A program made the position numbers and the translations under genes. DNA of 63,841 nt, filler included, from Olpidium bornovanus S191 (lineage: Eukaryota; Fungi; Olpidiomycota): NCBI GenBank assembly GCA_017911155.1. It is 28 parts of 28 records of this genome, joined end to end, with 100 filler letters (N's around TTAATTAATTAA, not from the genome) between each part and the next. Parts side by side here need not be neighbours in the genome. Positions count along the whole stretch, not along the records: positions 1 to 6,771 come from JAEFCI010005668.1; positions 6,872 to 9,117 come from JAEFCI010009651.1; positions 9,218 to 11,590 come from JAEFCI010008485.1; 25 more parts are not named here. One strand, 5' to 3'. The notes below the pieces were generated by a model. The model was not told where the DNA came from, did not search any database, and worked only from the letters and a program-made list of their open reading frames with translations. This document shows positions 1-10,586 of this stretch, one piece after another. Each line of letters opens with the position of its first letter. Position 1 is the stretch's first letter.

Positions 1-675
1 CATGTACATTATGCTAGCGGGGCAACTTAGAACGGAAAGCGACCCTTCGCCTCCTCTCGGTGGGTTGGTCGTTATTTGTCAAGCCAACCACACGTCTCAT
101 CGCGGCCCGGCCTCCCTCATCCTTCCCGTTTGGTGCCGCTCGCAACAGCGGTTCTCCAAAGCAAAGCTTAACAGATTTGTGGACAGGCACAAGGCGAATC
201 GCCCGTGACGCGCGTTGGTCCGCCCAGATGCCGGGGCGCAGATTTATTTAGGAGGTTATTGCGCACGCGTGGGGGTTTCTTCTTGCTCGGCCACATGTAC
301 GTCCTCCGGGATCGCCATGATCCCTGTGAATCTCAAGACACGATTGCATTTTATTGAAGCTCGCACTCGCGTAGTATATTAGTGTGATCAGCCTGGATTG
401 GCGGCGCTGTTTTGTTGCGAACGTTAAGTTTCCGCCCTCGGGCTCCGGCTTCGGCTCGTCCCCGCCCCTGAAAGACAAACAGAACCATAGAACGTAACAT
501 GTTTCAATTTTTTTTTCTTCCATTTTTCTCTCTCGTTCATTCTCTTCCCCGCCGCCTCCGACCTGTCCGCCCCCCGCTCTCGTCCCGCACACCCGGGAAC
601 CAGCTTCGCCCCCGCCCCCCTCCCCCCCCCAGGTCCCCCCGCGTTCGACATCGTAGCCGGACAGCTTCCGCACCC

Positions 676-1670
676 ATGGCGCACCGGAAGCTCGACGTCG
701 ACATCGCCGACGAGGACAACTACGTCGAAGACGACGAGCTCGCTGTCGACCAGCCCAAGAAGAGCGCGGCCGAGGCGGAGGCCGACGTCGCCGCGAAGAG
801 CAGCGAGGTCCGAGCCCTGCTGAGCAGGTGAGAGAAGAGGGTGCGAGGTGTGGGAAGAGCGGGAAGCGGAAAAAAAAAAGGGCGAGAAGATGAACCGGGA
901 TCTAGTCCCCGGCTCAGGGTTGAGGGGACCGTCCTCACCACCCCGCCCGGTCGCGTGCTCGTTTCCGCCGCATTGCCTAACGTCCATTCGTTGGTCGCGT
1001 GCGCCGTTCCGCCTCGGAATCACGTCGCGCTTCTTTCTTTTGCTCTGCCATCAGGGGTGACGTTGCGGGTGCACTCAGGCGGGCCCTGAGAGACCCGCAC
1101 TTTGCCAATGGCCACGAGAACGCGAAGGTTGGGACCCGGCCTGCGATCCGCATCGGCGTTTTTTTTTTTGTCCGCTTCACGCTTCACGGGCCTCGCTCAC
1201 ACGCGCCGACGGTCCCCCTCCCCGACGGCGCTCGGCCTGGTGCCACCCGCAAACGCGCAAAAACCCCCCCACCCCTCCTCTTTTGCTCCCGTCCTTGCAA
1301 CCAGGACAAGAACGCGCAGCTTGTGGTAGAGCTCCTGCAGAGTGTGAAAGCTTCCGACATGGCCAATCTAATCAAGCCACTCTCTGTCGACGAGCAGGAC
1401 ATTCTGATGAAGTTTCTGTACCGCGGAATGGCTTCCCCCGAGGTGTTCAATTCGGGCGTGCTGCTGGCCTGGCACGAGCGGGTAGGCGAAGAAATAACCA
1501 CCTCGCGAGAGATTCGGCTTTTCAATATCCCGGGAACTGTTGCACAAAGAAAAGCACCTGATTTCCTAACTCCCGTTCCTCTTTCGTTCGTTTCTCTTTA
1601 TCTTTAGCTTACGGAGGCGGCGGGCCTGGGCGCGATCGTGCGCGTCATGACGGACCGCCGGACGGTTTGA
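676..1670 (+). CDS. ARC15: Arp2/3 complex subunit 5 (ARPC5/ARC15), complete, 4 exons (676-827, 1055-1127, 1305-1481, 1608-1670)
   Basis: Canonical GT-AG splicing gives MAHRKLDVD...DEQDILMKFLYRGMASPEVFNSGVLLAWHER|LTEAAGLGAIVRVMTDRRTV*, matching the p16-Arc family C-terminus (LLAWHEK...G.G.IVRV.TDR). Confidence 0.95.
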
Positions 1671-1675
1671 GCAAT

Positions 1676-2238
1676 TTAACAAGGACGCAGGATGGACGTC
1701 ATCATATATCCGAGCAGGTGGTGGATCACTATGATTGCTCCTAAGTTATTTGACTGGGCGCCGAGTGCGAGAAGGAGGGGGATAATAGAGAAGAGAAGGA
1801 CAGAGAGAGAGGGAAAGAGAAAGAGGGGGAGAGAGAGACGGAAAGAGAAGAGAGAGCGACAGCGAGAAAGGGAGAGGGAGGAGGGGAAGCACGAAGTGAC
1901 GTACCCCACAAATCATTTTGTGCGTGCGCTAGCCGCCAGCACAGCTCGCTGTGGACATCCGCCGGGAGGGTGGATGCAAAAGGGACTCGACGCACGTTTC
2001 GGATCTGAAGGAAGCGGCGACCTCTAGAACACGGTGCAAAAAAGGGAGTCAAGAAAATGAAAAAAAATATGTGCGCGTTTTGTGAAGTTATATTTGACGC
2101 ACCGGTTTTTCCTAGTAAAAGACGGGGGCGTTTTGTGGCACCTGAAAAAATAAGCACTTTTTTCACCAACTTCTTCCGGGACCCCAAGGGGTTCGCAGCA
2201 CGTAAAAAAGAAAAAAAATACAAGGACGGAGTGTCATA
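1676..2238 (-). CDS. Possible small spliced gene of unknown function; 5' end not found (exons 2238-2222, 2141-2103, 2023-1905, 1740-1676)
   Basis: Four blocks bounded by consensus GT/AG sites with pyrimidine tracts join into one open frame (YDTPSLCHKTPPSFTRKNRGRRFLQIRNVRR...HHLLGYMMTSILRPC*). No homolog recognised. Confidence 0.3.
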
Positions 2239-2816
2239 CTGAAAACTCTAACCCTACCCATTCCCTCCCCCGGCCCCAAAAGGTCGAAATATTTCTTCCC
2301 ACTCCTGGTGAAACACGCCGTCCGTTCGGTTCGAGCTGCCCTATGTTTCCGCCTCGGGCAGGAACGCTTTCGCACTTCAGCTCGCGGTGTCGGTCGCGTT
2401 CCACGTGACGCGCACGCGAGAATAACTCTAATCTATCTTGGAGACAAAGAAATTACAGTGACGTCGAGGGGACGAAATAGGAGGGAGGGCCCCGAAAGCA
2501 CCGCGAAGAGAGTGCAGAAAAGGGGGAGGGGGGCGAATGGGGGGGGGGGGGGGTTAAAGAAAGATTGAAAAAAAGGGAAAAGAAAATAAGGGAGGGTATA
2601 CGTGCTACTAAGGTGGAAGGCGTGGGGCTGCGCTCGTGTAGGAAAGCGCAGGAGAGTTCTAAGGGCAGAAAGATGTTGGAAAATGGAGAGGCTGCCAAAG
2701 GAGAAAAGAAAAAGAAAACGAAAGAAAAAAAAAAAGAAAGAAAAGAGGCAGCATGCGAGAATGCAGATGGAGGAGCAATGAGCCGCGCGACCGAAAGCGA
2801 AATGTCAACCCCCTCG

Positions 2817-3471
2817 TTATCTCTTCGTCAGCTTGAAGAACTGCGCGCACGAGGGAAAGAAAAAGCAGCAGTTTGAGCGGAAGGGCTTTACGCCGGGCGA
2901 AATCCAACGGGGCCCGAGGCACGCGATTCCAAAATGCCGGGCAGATGACCGCCCGAACACGTTTATTTCGGTCGGCCGACGCACCAGCACGATGAGCAGC
3001 CCGAAAATGACCAGGATGAGGAGCAGCATGCACATTTTGTTTCGGGCGCTCTTCTGGTATTTGGTGCCCTGTAATTGTTTTACGGCGAAAGCGGAAAAGA
3101 GGGGGGGGGGGGAAAGGGGAGAAGGGAGACCAAATTGACTGAGGGTTTGAGAAAATTTTCGAATTTCCCCGAAAGCCGGATTCTTCGTGCCAAAGCTTCG
3201 ATCGTAAACAGGAGCAGAGAAAACCTTCTTTCCGTACCTCCTCAAGCTCTTTCACCGCACCCTGGACATGCACGTGAACCTGCTCTATGTTGTAGTCGAT
3301 CCGGTCCAGCAGGGTTCCCTGGTCGATGACCAGAGTTTGCATGTCTTTAAAGATTTCCGCCACTTGGAAAATCGACTTCGCGATTTCGTTGATCTCCCGC
3401 TCCCTTTGCGTTATCGCCGCCTCGTTGGAGGCAACCTGCGAGAGCTGTTGGTCCGTGAAGCCCTGCCGCGC

Positions 3472-3502
<31 letters not shown>

Positions 3503-5062
3503 AAAAAATCAGATTTTTCCGCTCCGTTCGAGGCGGCGTGCGAAGTGGGCGGTAGGGAGGGGGGAAAAAGAGGGTTCGCTTAGAGCTTACGATGTCAAAG
3601 TCTGGATCGTCGTCGCCATCCTCCATGGCCGACTGGAACAAGTTCTTCGCTCTCGACGTGCCGGCCTCGCTACCGCCCATCTCTAAGGAAGTGCGTTCGG
3701 CCGAAAATAAGGCAAACCATATCGCTTCGCCAAGCTGCCAGATACGGCGGTGGGAAAAGAACGCGGAGTCTTTTCATAATACGCACTCTTGAGGTAGTCC
3801 GACTGGCTCTTTCTGAACGTCGTTAGCAGTTCTTGCACCTTGGACCCCAGCGAAGTCTGCACGTTCTTACACATCTTCAATTCCTGTGGCGTGTAGCTCG
3901 ACGTCTGGGCCCGGGAGCCAATGTCCTTTATCCGTTTCTGACACTCGTGAAACGACTATTCGAGCCGGCACAAGGATCAACAGAATGATCAAGCTTAGCA
4001 GAGCGATCAAGCTCAGCGCGAAATCGGGACTGCAACAAGATTATTCCTCTTGGTGGTATCCCGCAATCTGGACAGGAAAATCCTTATCTCCAGATTGCGG
4101 GGTGGCCACCATAACAGAAATAGTCATTGCCTTACTGAGGTGATCTCGTCTGTCAGAGCCTCGATCGACGCCTCATCGACAGACCTGTCGTCAAAGCCCG
4201 GCAGCAGGTGCTTCTTGTGCATCCCAGCCAGCTTCGATACTGCGTTGCGAGCGGCGGCGGGAATTCACTTGTCAGTTCCGCCTTGTCTAGATAGAGATAG
4301 AAATCTCACCGAGCTGCATACTTTTGGCCTTTGTCTGCTCTACGATCTCGTCTACCTGCTCGCGATGATGAAGGAGCAGAAGCGGCAGGAAACAGGTTGA
4401 GGCCATGCACAAAGCGGCCGTGACAAGAAAACAGGTCCAACAAAACTAAGAACAGACGGGAACAACTAAAGAACGACGGCCGTCTGGATGTCGGCGACGA
4501 CAAGCGGGCCCGTTTTCCGAGGTTGACGTACTTCGTCGACAACATCCACCCTTCAAAAGTCGAAAAGGCCGGCGCGCGGCGGACATAACCGCAACGAGTC
4601 GCGGAAGTGCGCGGGACAAATTCCCGCCCCCCCCGAGAAAGCAAAGTATGGCAGATCAGCGACAACTTCTTCGTCCGGCGAACACCGCTCATTCAACAAC
4701 CATCCGCTCCCGTAGTTAAAACGAGCCAGGTGGACAATAACTCCGCGACGGCCCCCCCCCCCCCCCTCCCTGGCAATCGTCTTGCTTCCGTGGCCCCACC
4801 GCAGCCACCGCCTTGCGGCGGTTGAATACAACTCCGTTTCCGTGCTTTTCGTCACCCACCATTTCGGTGGCAACGACGACATCTCAATAATAGTGTCCTG
4901 GGCGACGGCATTTGCGATGAGGCCCGCCCGCTCGGAGGACGATCTGAAGGCCGTCCCTGCCTCGGCGCCCGGTCCGCCTGCCCCTGGGAGGGGCTTAGGG
5001 CCCGCGCGCCCGAACGAGTTCCGGTACTGTAGGAACAGGATCGTCCTCGAGCGTGTCGCCAT
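2817..5062 (-). CDS. TLG2: Qa-SNARE syntaxin 16 / Tlg2, multi-exon
   Basis: N-peptide MATRSRTILFLQYRNSF; Habc segment HKKHLLPGFDDR; SNARE motif REREINEIAKSIFQVAEIFKDMQTLVIDQGTLLDRIDYNIE; C-terminal TM CMLLLILVIFGLLIVLV; all introns GT-AG. The 3' end after the TM is uncertain. Confidence 0.93.
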
Positions 5063-5114
5063 GATGAAACAATCTTCTTTGTTTTGTCTGCCGCCCTTGG
5101 GGTGCGGTGGTGTG

Positions 5115-5146
<32 letters not shown>

Positions 5147-5480
5147 GGGGCGTGCGGGCGGGCGTGCGTGTTCCCCGGGCGGAGGTCACCGACTGACGGG
5201 GCGGCGGGGCGCTCGGTCTCGCCCACCCGACAAACCCTTTCCCCGCCAGCGGTCGCAGCGCCAAACCACGGCGGCCGCGCTCAGGCGGCGTCGCGGTAAT
5301 CCGCGCCCTTGTCAGGAAGTCCGTGTCACTGCAGCGCGGGGGAACCGGAGTGGCAGGAAAGAAGGTGGCGGTCTTTGGCCGCTTCTACCTAGCCAGCAGG
5401 CAAGCGCCGGCATCTTCTGAGCTGCGTGTTTTGCAGTTCGCCAACGGGGAAGGAAAACGGACGGAAGTGGCTGCCGACTA

Positions 5481-5529
5481 CAGAGTCAAAGGTCGAGACA
5501 GAGTCAAAGGTCGAGACAGAGTCAAAGGT
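5481..5529. repeat. 18-bp tandem repeat CAGAGTCAAAGGTCGAGA x2.7
   Basis: Seen directly, upstream of the TLG2 start. Confidence 0.9.
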
Positions 5530-6190
5530 AGACGTGAGGAAAACCCGGCGGTCGAGCACGCCAAGGGAGAGGGAGAAGGAACAGAAGCGACCACCGACGG
5601 GGCGCAAAAAGGGCGATAAAGTCGCTGCGGCTAAAGACGCCAAGTGAAACGTGGGTGAGCTTGGGCTCGCAAATGAAACAGGAAAGCGTGGCGGAGACGA
5701 AAGAGCCGGGGATGAAGGCACTTGTGTCTGATCGGCTGGTAAATTCACAGGCACGCCGAAGTTGAGCGATGCGGTTCAGCCGCTCGCGGCACTGAAAACT
5801 GCCGGCAGCGTTACCGCCGTTGATCTCGGCCAGCTAGTAAAGATCTTTGCCGAAAATGAGCTGTATATCTAGGGCCTGTGCGCTTCAGCATCCGACGCCG
5901 CAGCGCAGCTTGCTTCGTTCAGTGCCTGCTGCCCTTGGGCCGCAGTAATGGTCTCAGCAGAGTTTGCCGATCCGCGCAGACCTGTTGGTGCAGTATTATA
6001 TAGGATCCTTTTCCAACCCGAATAAGCGGTGTGTTGCAAAGTCTATTTTCATTGGTAGGTGAAGTCCCAGTGTTCTTTACTGGCATAGCCATCTTCCCTG
6101 GTTGATGCTTTGTGGAGGCGAAGTTGAATGCGGATGGCGGAAAAGAACACGCTGCGAAAAAAAAAAAAATAATAATAATAATAATAATAA

Positions 6191-6771
6191 CTAGCTGTTC
6201 GGCCGGCCCTCCGGCCCGTCCTGCACAACTAGCAGCGTCGCGGCGACCAAAAAAATAAAGATGCGCCCGTAAGAAGAAGATGCGCCTGCTGCAAAAAAAA
6301 TGCGCCTGTCAAAAGAACACGGTGGATTGTTTGGCCTTGTGACTTGTTAATGGTCATGGCAAACGCCAACCGTTCAGGAAACTGACGGCGCTTGAACTTG
6401 AAAGGGAAATTGCAACCTTCTGAAGGAAATAGTGAGACGCGCGGGATGAAAACGACTTTACCGTCGTGAGCTCCTCCTGCAATTTTGGCCTTGATAACAT
6501 TTGGTGCCAGTTGCAGGCAGATCAATCGAGTTCCATTACAGAGACCATTTGCGGGATACAAATTTTGAAGACAGATGATTGGAGCGTTGATTTTCAGGGA
6601 TAAAGAATACGGTGGAAGCGCTCCAGTGTTGAGCGTGTTCAGGAATTCAACATGGTAGAGTTCACGCGTGTCTTCAGGAGCGGAATCAAACGCCAGATAC
6701 GTTTTTGGTTCTCCAAGAAACTTTTCCACCACCATCTGGTTAATGGAATCAACTGTCTCGTTTCTTGTTGC
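6191..6771 (-). mobile_element. Helitron 3' portion: truncated PIF1-type helicase fragment, subterminal repeats, hairpin and CTAG terminus
   Basis: ORF 6735-6229 has GLCNGTRL...IPR...FKRRQFPERLAFAMTINKSQGQT (Helitron RepHel helicase motifs). On the minus strand GGCCGG-AGGG-CCGGCC hairpin (6216-6201) is followed 6 nt later by CTAG (6194-6191) and then T of a (TTA)n tract. Confidence 0.85.
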
Positions 6772-6871
6772 NNNNNNNNNNNNNNNNNNNNNNNNNNNNN
6801 NNNNNNNNNNNNNNNTTAATTAATTAANNNNNNNNNNNNNNNNNNNNNNNNNNNNNNNNNNNNNNNNNNNN
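6772..6871. other. Artificial contig spacer N44-TTAATTAATTAA-N44 (first of 27 copies in the window)
   Basis: The same 100-nt spacer, with stops in all six frames, separates every contig. Confidence 0.99.
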
Positions 6872-7492
6872 CATGGCAGCGGGTTATTGAACCCCCCTAC
6901 CCCCCCTTTACTACCGCCCTCCCCCCGGGGCCAATGACACGTGCCAAATCGTCAAGGCACCAACTTCTACTTGTTACCCAAAAAATGAAACATCGTGTCA
7001 GGCAGGAGACGGCCCTGACCCAGGAAAAAGAAGGACAAAAAAAATTCCTACGGGCGCACGTTTGTTGTTACTGTTTCTTTGGGCCAGTCAGATTCTGCGG
7101 AGCACATTTAGGGAGAATTCAGAAAAAATGAAAGAATTTTGTTGAATGTTTCAAAGGCCGCTCCTTTTTTTTGTCGTTAAGAGAAAAGACGTTTCGACTT
7201 TTGCCGTTGATATGGCTGTTGATCTATTTGAACTCATCAAGCCCAAGAAAAAAAAAGGGAGACCGTGGACGCCAGTGTTGGCGACAACCACTAGCTCATA
7301 CGATGTCTTAGATGCGTGAGACGGAAGGCGTGTGTATTTTGAATCTTCTGGGTTCTTCAAATTTTCTGGAAAGGCAACAGATGGCGTTCCTTTGACTGGC
7401 TCGGGTAACACAGCCTGTCGTTCCCCCCCGTCCGTCTCGCACCCCCGCCGCCGGCTCCGGTCGGTTTTGCCTCGTTAACGCGAGCGTGCAGC

Positions 7493-7540
<48 letters not shown>

Positions 7541-7577
7541 GGGGGGGGGGGGGGGGGGGGGCCGCCCCCCCCCCCCC

Positions 7578-7620
<43 letters not shown>

Positions 7621-8194
7621 CGTTCCTTTCCGGCGGGGGGTTTTCCTCTCTTTTTTTTCAACGCGTTTTTTTTTCCGTGCGTAAACACACCGCACGCCCG
7701 CCACCGCCCCGCACGCCCTCCCCCCGCGTCGTCTCCACCCCCCGCCAAGGAAGCCCCTTCCCGGGCGACGCACGTCCGCGGCGCGCGCAAGGCCCAGAGG
7801 AACGGAGGAGGGTGCGCGCGCCTCTGCTCCGCGCGCCACGCGCTTACGCAGCAAGAAGCCGGCGCCCCGCATCTCCGGTCACCCCCGCAAAAAAAGCGGC
7901 AGGGGCCAACTGAAACGGCCAAAGCGCATCCAGAAGCGGAACCAGCCCCCCTGCCCGTCCGAGGATATCCCGGCGACGGCTCCCGGGCGAGAAAAGAAGA
8001 GGAATAGAAAAAAGAACGACGTTCATAACGAAGACTGCGAGTACACCGGCACCGGCCTTGCCTGGCTCCAGGGGCTATCCAGAACTGGAAGAACGAAACC
8101 AGTCCTCTTACATCGAAGGGGAGGAAAAAAAAAAAAAAAAGGCCAGGGCAGCAGTTCAGCACAGCCCGCCCTCGGAACCAGAACTGTTTCCACA

Positions 8195-9117
8195 ATGGGC
8201 AAGATGAAGAGGGCTCCGGATGTGTCCAAGTCCGCCGCCAGCCTCGCCACCGAGGAGCGCGCGACGAAATTGCCTTCGAGGCATCTGGCGGAGTTGAGTC
8301 TTTCTTTGGGAGAGAGGCTCGCTCTGGAGTCCAGGAACAAGCGCCCGGTGGAAATCGTCGAAAGGTTTCCAACTGCCGGACAGGAATTCACTGTCAACCC
8401 CGCCAGGCCCATATTCCAGCCGTATCCGACGGCGATCATCCTGCAGAACTTCACGCCGTTCGAGACCTACGAGGTCGTGCTTACGTTCAGGAACATGGAC
8501 AAGGTGCTGTTGTGTGAGCCTCGGGCGCGATGCGCAAAAAAAGTGGCGCCGATTTTGTTCAAGGAGGGGGCGGGGGAAATGGTCGAGCCGACCGACGCGC
8601 TTACCACCGGCAAACACCGCACCCACTCCTTCCCCTCCCATCACCCACAAAAAATAATTAAAAAAATAAAAATAAAACAAACTAGTTCACCCGTCAATTT
8701 AGGGTCGAGCCGCCGGTCAGCCCGTTTTTTGAAATCACCCGCTGGGAAACCGAGTCCCTCTATTCGGGGAGGATCGCGTCGGGAATGGAAGTGTCGTTCG
8801 TCGTCAGGTTCACGCCGGAAGAGCGGAAGGATTACGCGTACGATCTGATCTGCCTCACCGAGAGGGAGAAGTTCATTGTTCCGGTTCGGGCGATCGGGGC
8901 CAGAGGTGCGCGTCTGTTGGGAACTTCCCGGCAACCGGGGAAGGGAGAGGACGGGAACGGGCGGGGGGGGGGGAGAGGAAAATGGGCAAGCCGGGGGATA
9001 TCTCGGAAACGTTTTGACGCTTTTTCCCCGCCGCGCTTCCCCAAGCGATTTTGGACTTCCCCGACGTAATCAATTTCCCGGAATCGGCCGTTGCGCACAC
9101 GACCAAGAAGACCATGC
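8195..9117 (+). CDS. HYDIN: HYDIN (axonemal central-pair protein), N-terminal exons, partial
   Basis: Spliced product FQPYPTAIILQNFTPFETYEVVLTFRNMDK|FTRQFRVEPPVSPFF...GMEVSFVVRFTPEERKDYAYDLICLTEREKFIVPVRAIGAR|AILDFPD matches the first ASH domain of HYDIN (FTPEENKDY...TEREKFIVPI.A.GARAILDFPD). True start may lie further upstream. Confidence 0.88.
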
Positions 9118-9266
9118 NNNNNNNNNNNNNNNNNNNNNNNNNNNNNNNNNNNNNNNNNNNNTTAATTAATTAANNNNNNNNNNNNNNNNNNNNNNNNNNN
9201 NNNNNNNNNNNNNNNNNCATGATTCGCCAAGATAAGCGGCCACAACCTGTGCGCATCCGCTGCGTC

Positions 9267-9826
9267 TGTAACGTGACATTATGGCTGCGCCTAAGACGCC
9301 CCGCCGGCTCCAGGAAGCGCCAAGAAACGGACACACCAAGTGTCCCCGCCACGAATGTCACGTGACGTAATCCTTCTGTGACTGCGCCAAGGCCAACGGC
9401 ATCAAGTGCGCCACCGCACAGATCACAGATTAAGATTTAGGTGTCCCGCAGTGTGTCTAGGTGCACGGGCACGTGATCTAAATTGAGACCAAAACGGGCA
9501 CAGTGCGCACCAGCATGGAAGCATCAGAGTCATAAATTGGCGAATTTGCCCCACGCTTTTGCTTCTCGAAGTATTTCCTAGCCTGCCGCCAGTACCGTCA
9601 CTGCAATGCGGGATATTGAGCGTGCACGGTACACAATCAGGATATATCAGGATATATCATACTATCTAGATCCCCGCCGAACATGCGCGCCCCGGTCGCA
9701 GGCCGCGCTTTATATAAAACGTGGCCAGACTTTGCTATTCCAGTACGTTCCGGACCCTGAGCTAGAACTCGTGAATACAGATTTCCAGATCTCGCTGAGC
9801 GCAGATTGCATATTTCACTTGTTACA
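9267..9826. mobile_element. Putative LTR (about 560 bp)
   Basis: TGTAAC...GTTACA inverted termini (imperfectly extendable to about 11 bp), TATATAAAA about 110 bp before the right end, internal 11-bp tandem ATCAGGATAT(AT). No matching TSD (GCGTC vs CAGCC). Confidence 0.45.
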
Positions 9827-10200
9827 CAGCCGCCCTGGATAGCGCCCTCGATCCGCTGCTAACATCGCCCAACACGCCAACTCTCTCCAGGAGCCTTGAT
9901 GTCAAGCGTTAATATTGAATGAGGGTCCCAAATCGCTAGCGTCGACCGGTTTGCTAGCACGCCCAGGCGGAATCGGTCGTTGACTGTAACACCATTGATA
10001 CACCATTGATGTGGGAGGCAGTTTCAGACCTTCGAGCTCAAAAGCGGTCAGCCTGTAGGTTTGTAGGTACCAATCGAGGTTTACTTGTAGCTTGTAGATT
10101 TCGAGGGGAAACGTTTGTGTATTTTGATAAAGGATTTGGGGTAAAGTGCAAAAAAATGCAAAATCCTCTTTGATATAAATATTGCAAAATAAATATATTA

Positions 10201-10283
10201 TGAGGAGAGAGGGATTCGAACCCTCGCTTCTTTCGAAACTACGACCTGAACGTAGCGCCTTAGACCAACTCGGCCATCTCCCC
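10201..10283 (-). tRNA. tRNA-Leu(CAG)
   Basis: GGGGAGATGGCCGAGTTGGTCTAAGGCGCTACGTTCAGGTCGTAGTTTCGAAAGAAGCGAGGGTTCGAATCCCTCTCTCCTCA folds into a full cloverleaf with a long variable arm, A and B boxes, and a downstream T4 terminator. Confidence 0.96.
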
Positions 10284-10586
10284 GCTGATGTTGTGGAAAG
10301 TGGCATCCTGCCTGTATTTAATACCCTATCAAACAAAGCCGTCATTTGCCTGAACATGTCACCTCCACGCCCCAGGGCTACGGCAAGGGGGCCGGGCCTT
10401 TGACCCCAGTGTGTGGAACAGGCCAACCAGGTCGCTGCCAGGCGCGCCTCGCATCGGCGCCGCTGCTTGGCCGCAGCCGCGGTTGATTCGTGGCTGTTAG
10501 GTCACGGGCGGTCACGACTTTAGCCAAAAGGCCTCCTAACGCGCTTTGGACCGGCCGGCCCTTGAAAGCCGTTTTGTTTCGCGAAT

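Noticed and set aside
6816-6827. TTAATTAATTAA repeated 27 times at irregular spacing, superficially like a CRISPR or dispersed repeat
   Set aside because: Always flanked by exactly 44 Ns on each side; it is a concatenation linker with six-frame stops.
7308-8372. Many long ORFs rich in poly-K, poly-F, poly-G or poly-P (also 42496-44166 in part, and 55753-56560)
   Set aside because: They are translations of homopolymer runs or GC-rich antisense frames with no family motifs.
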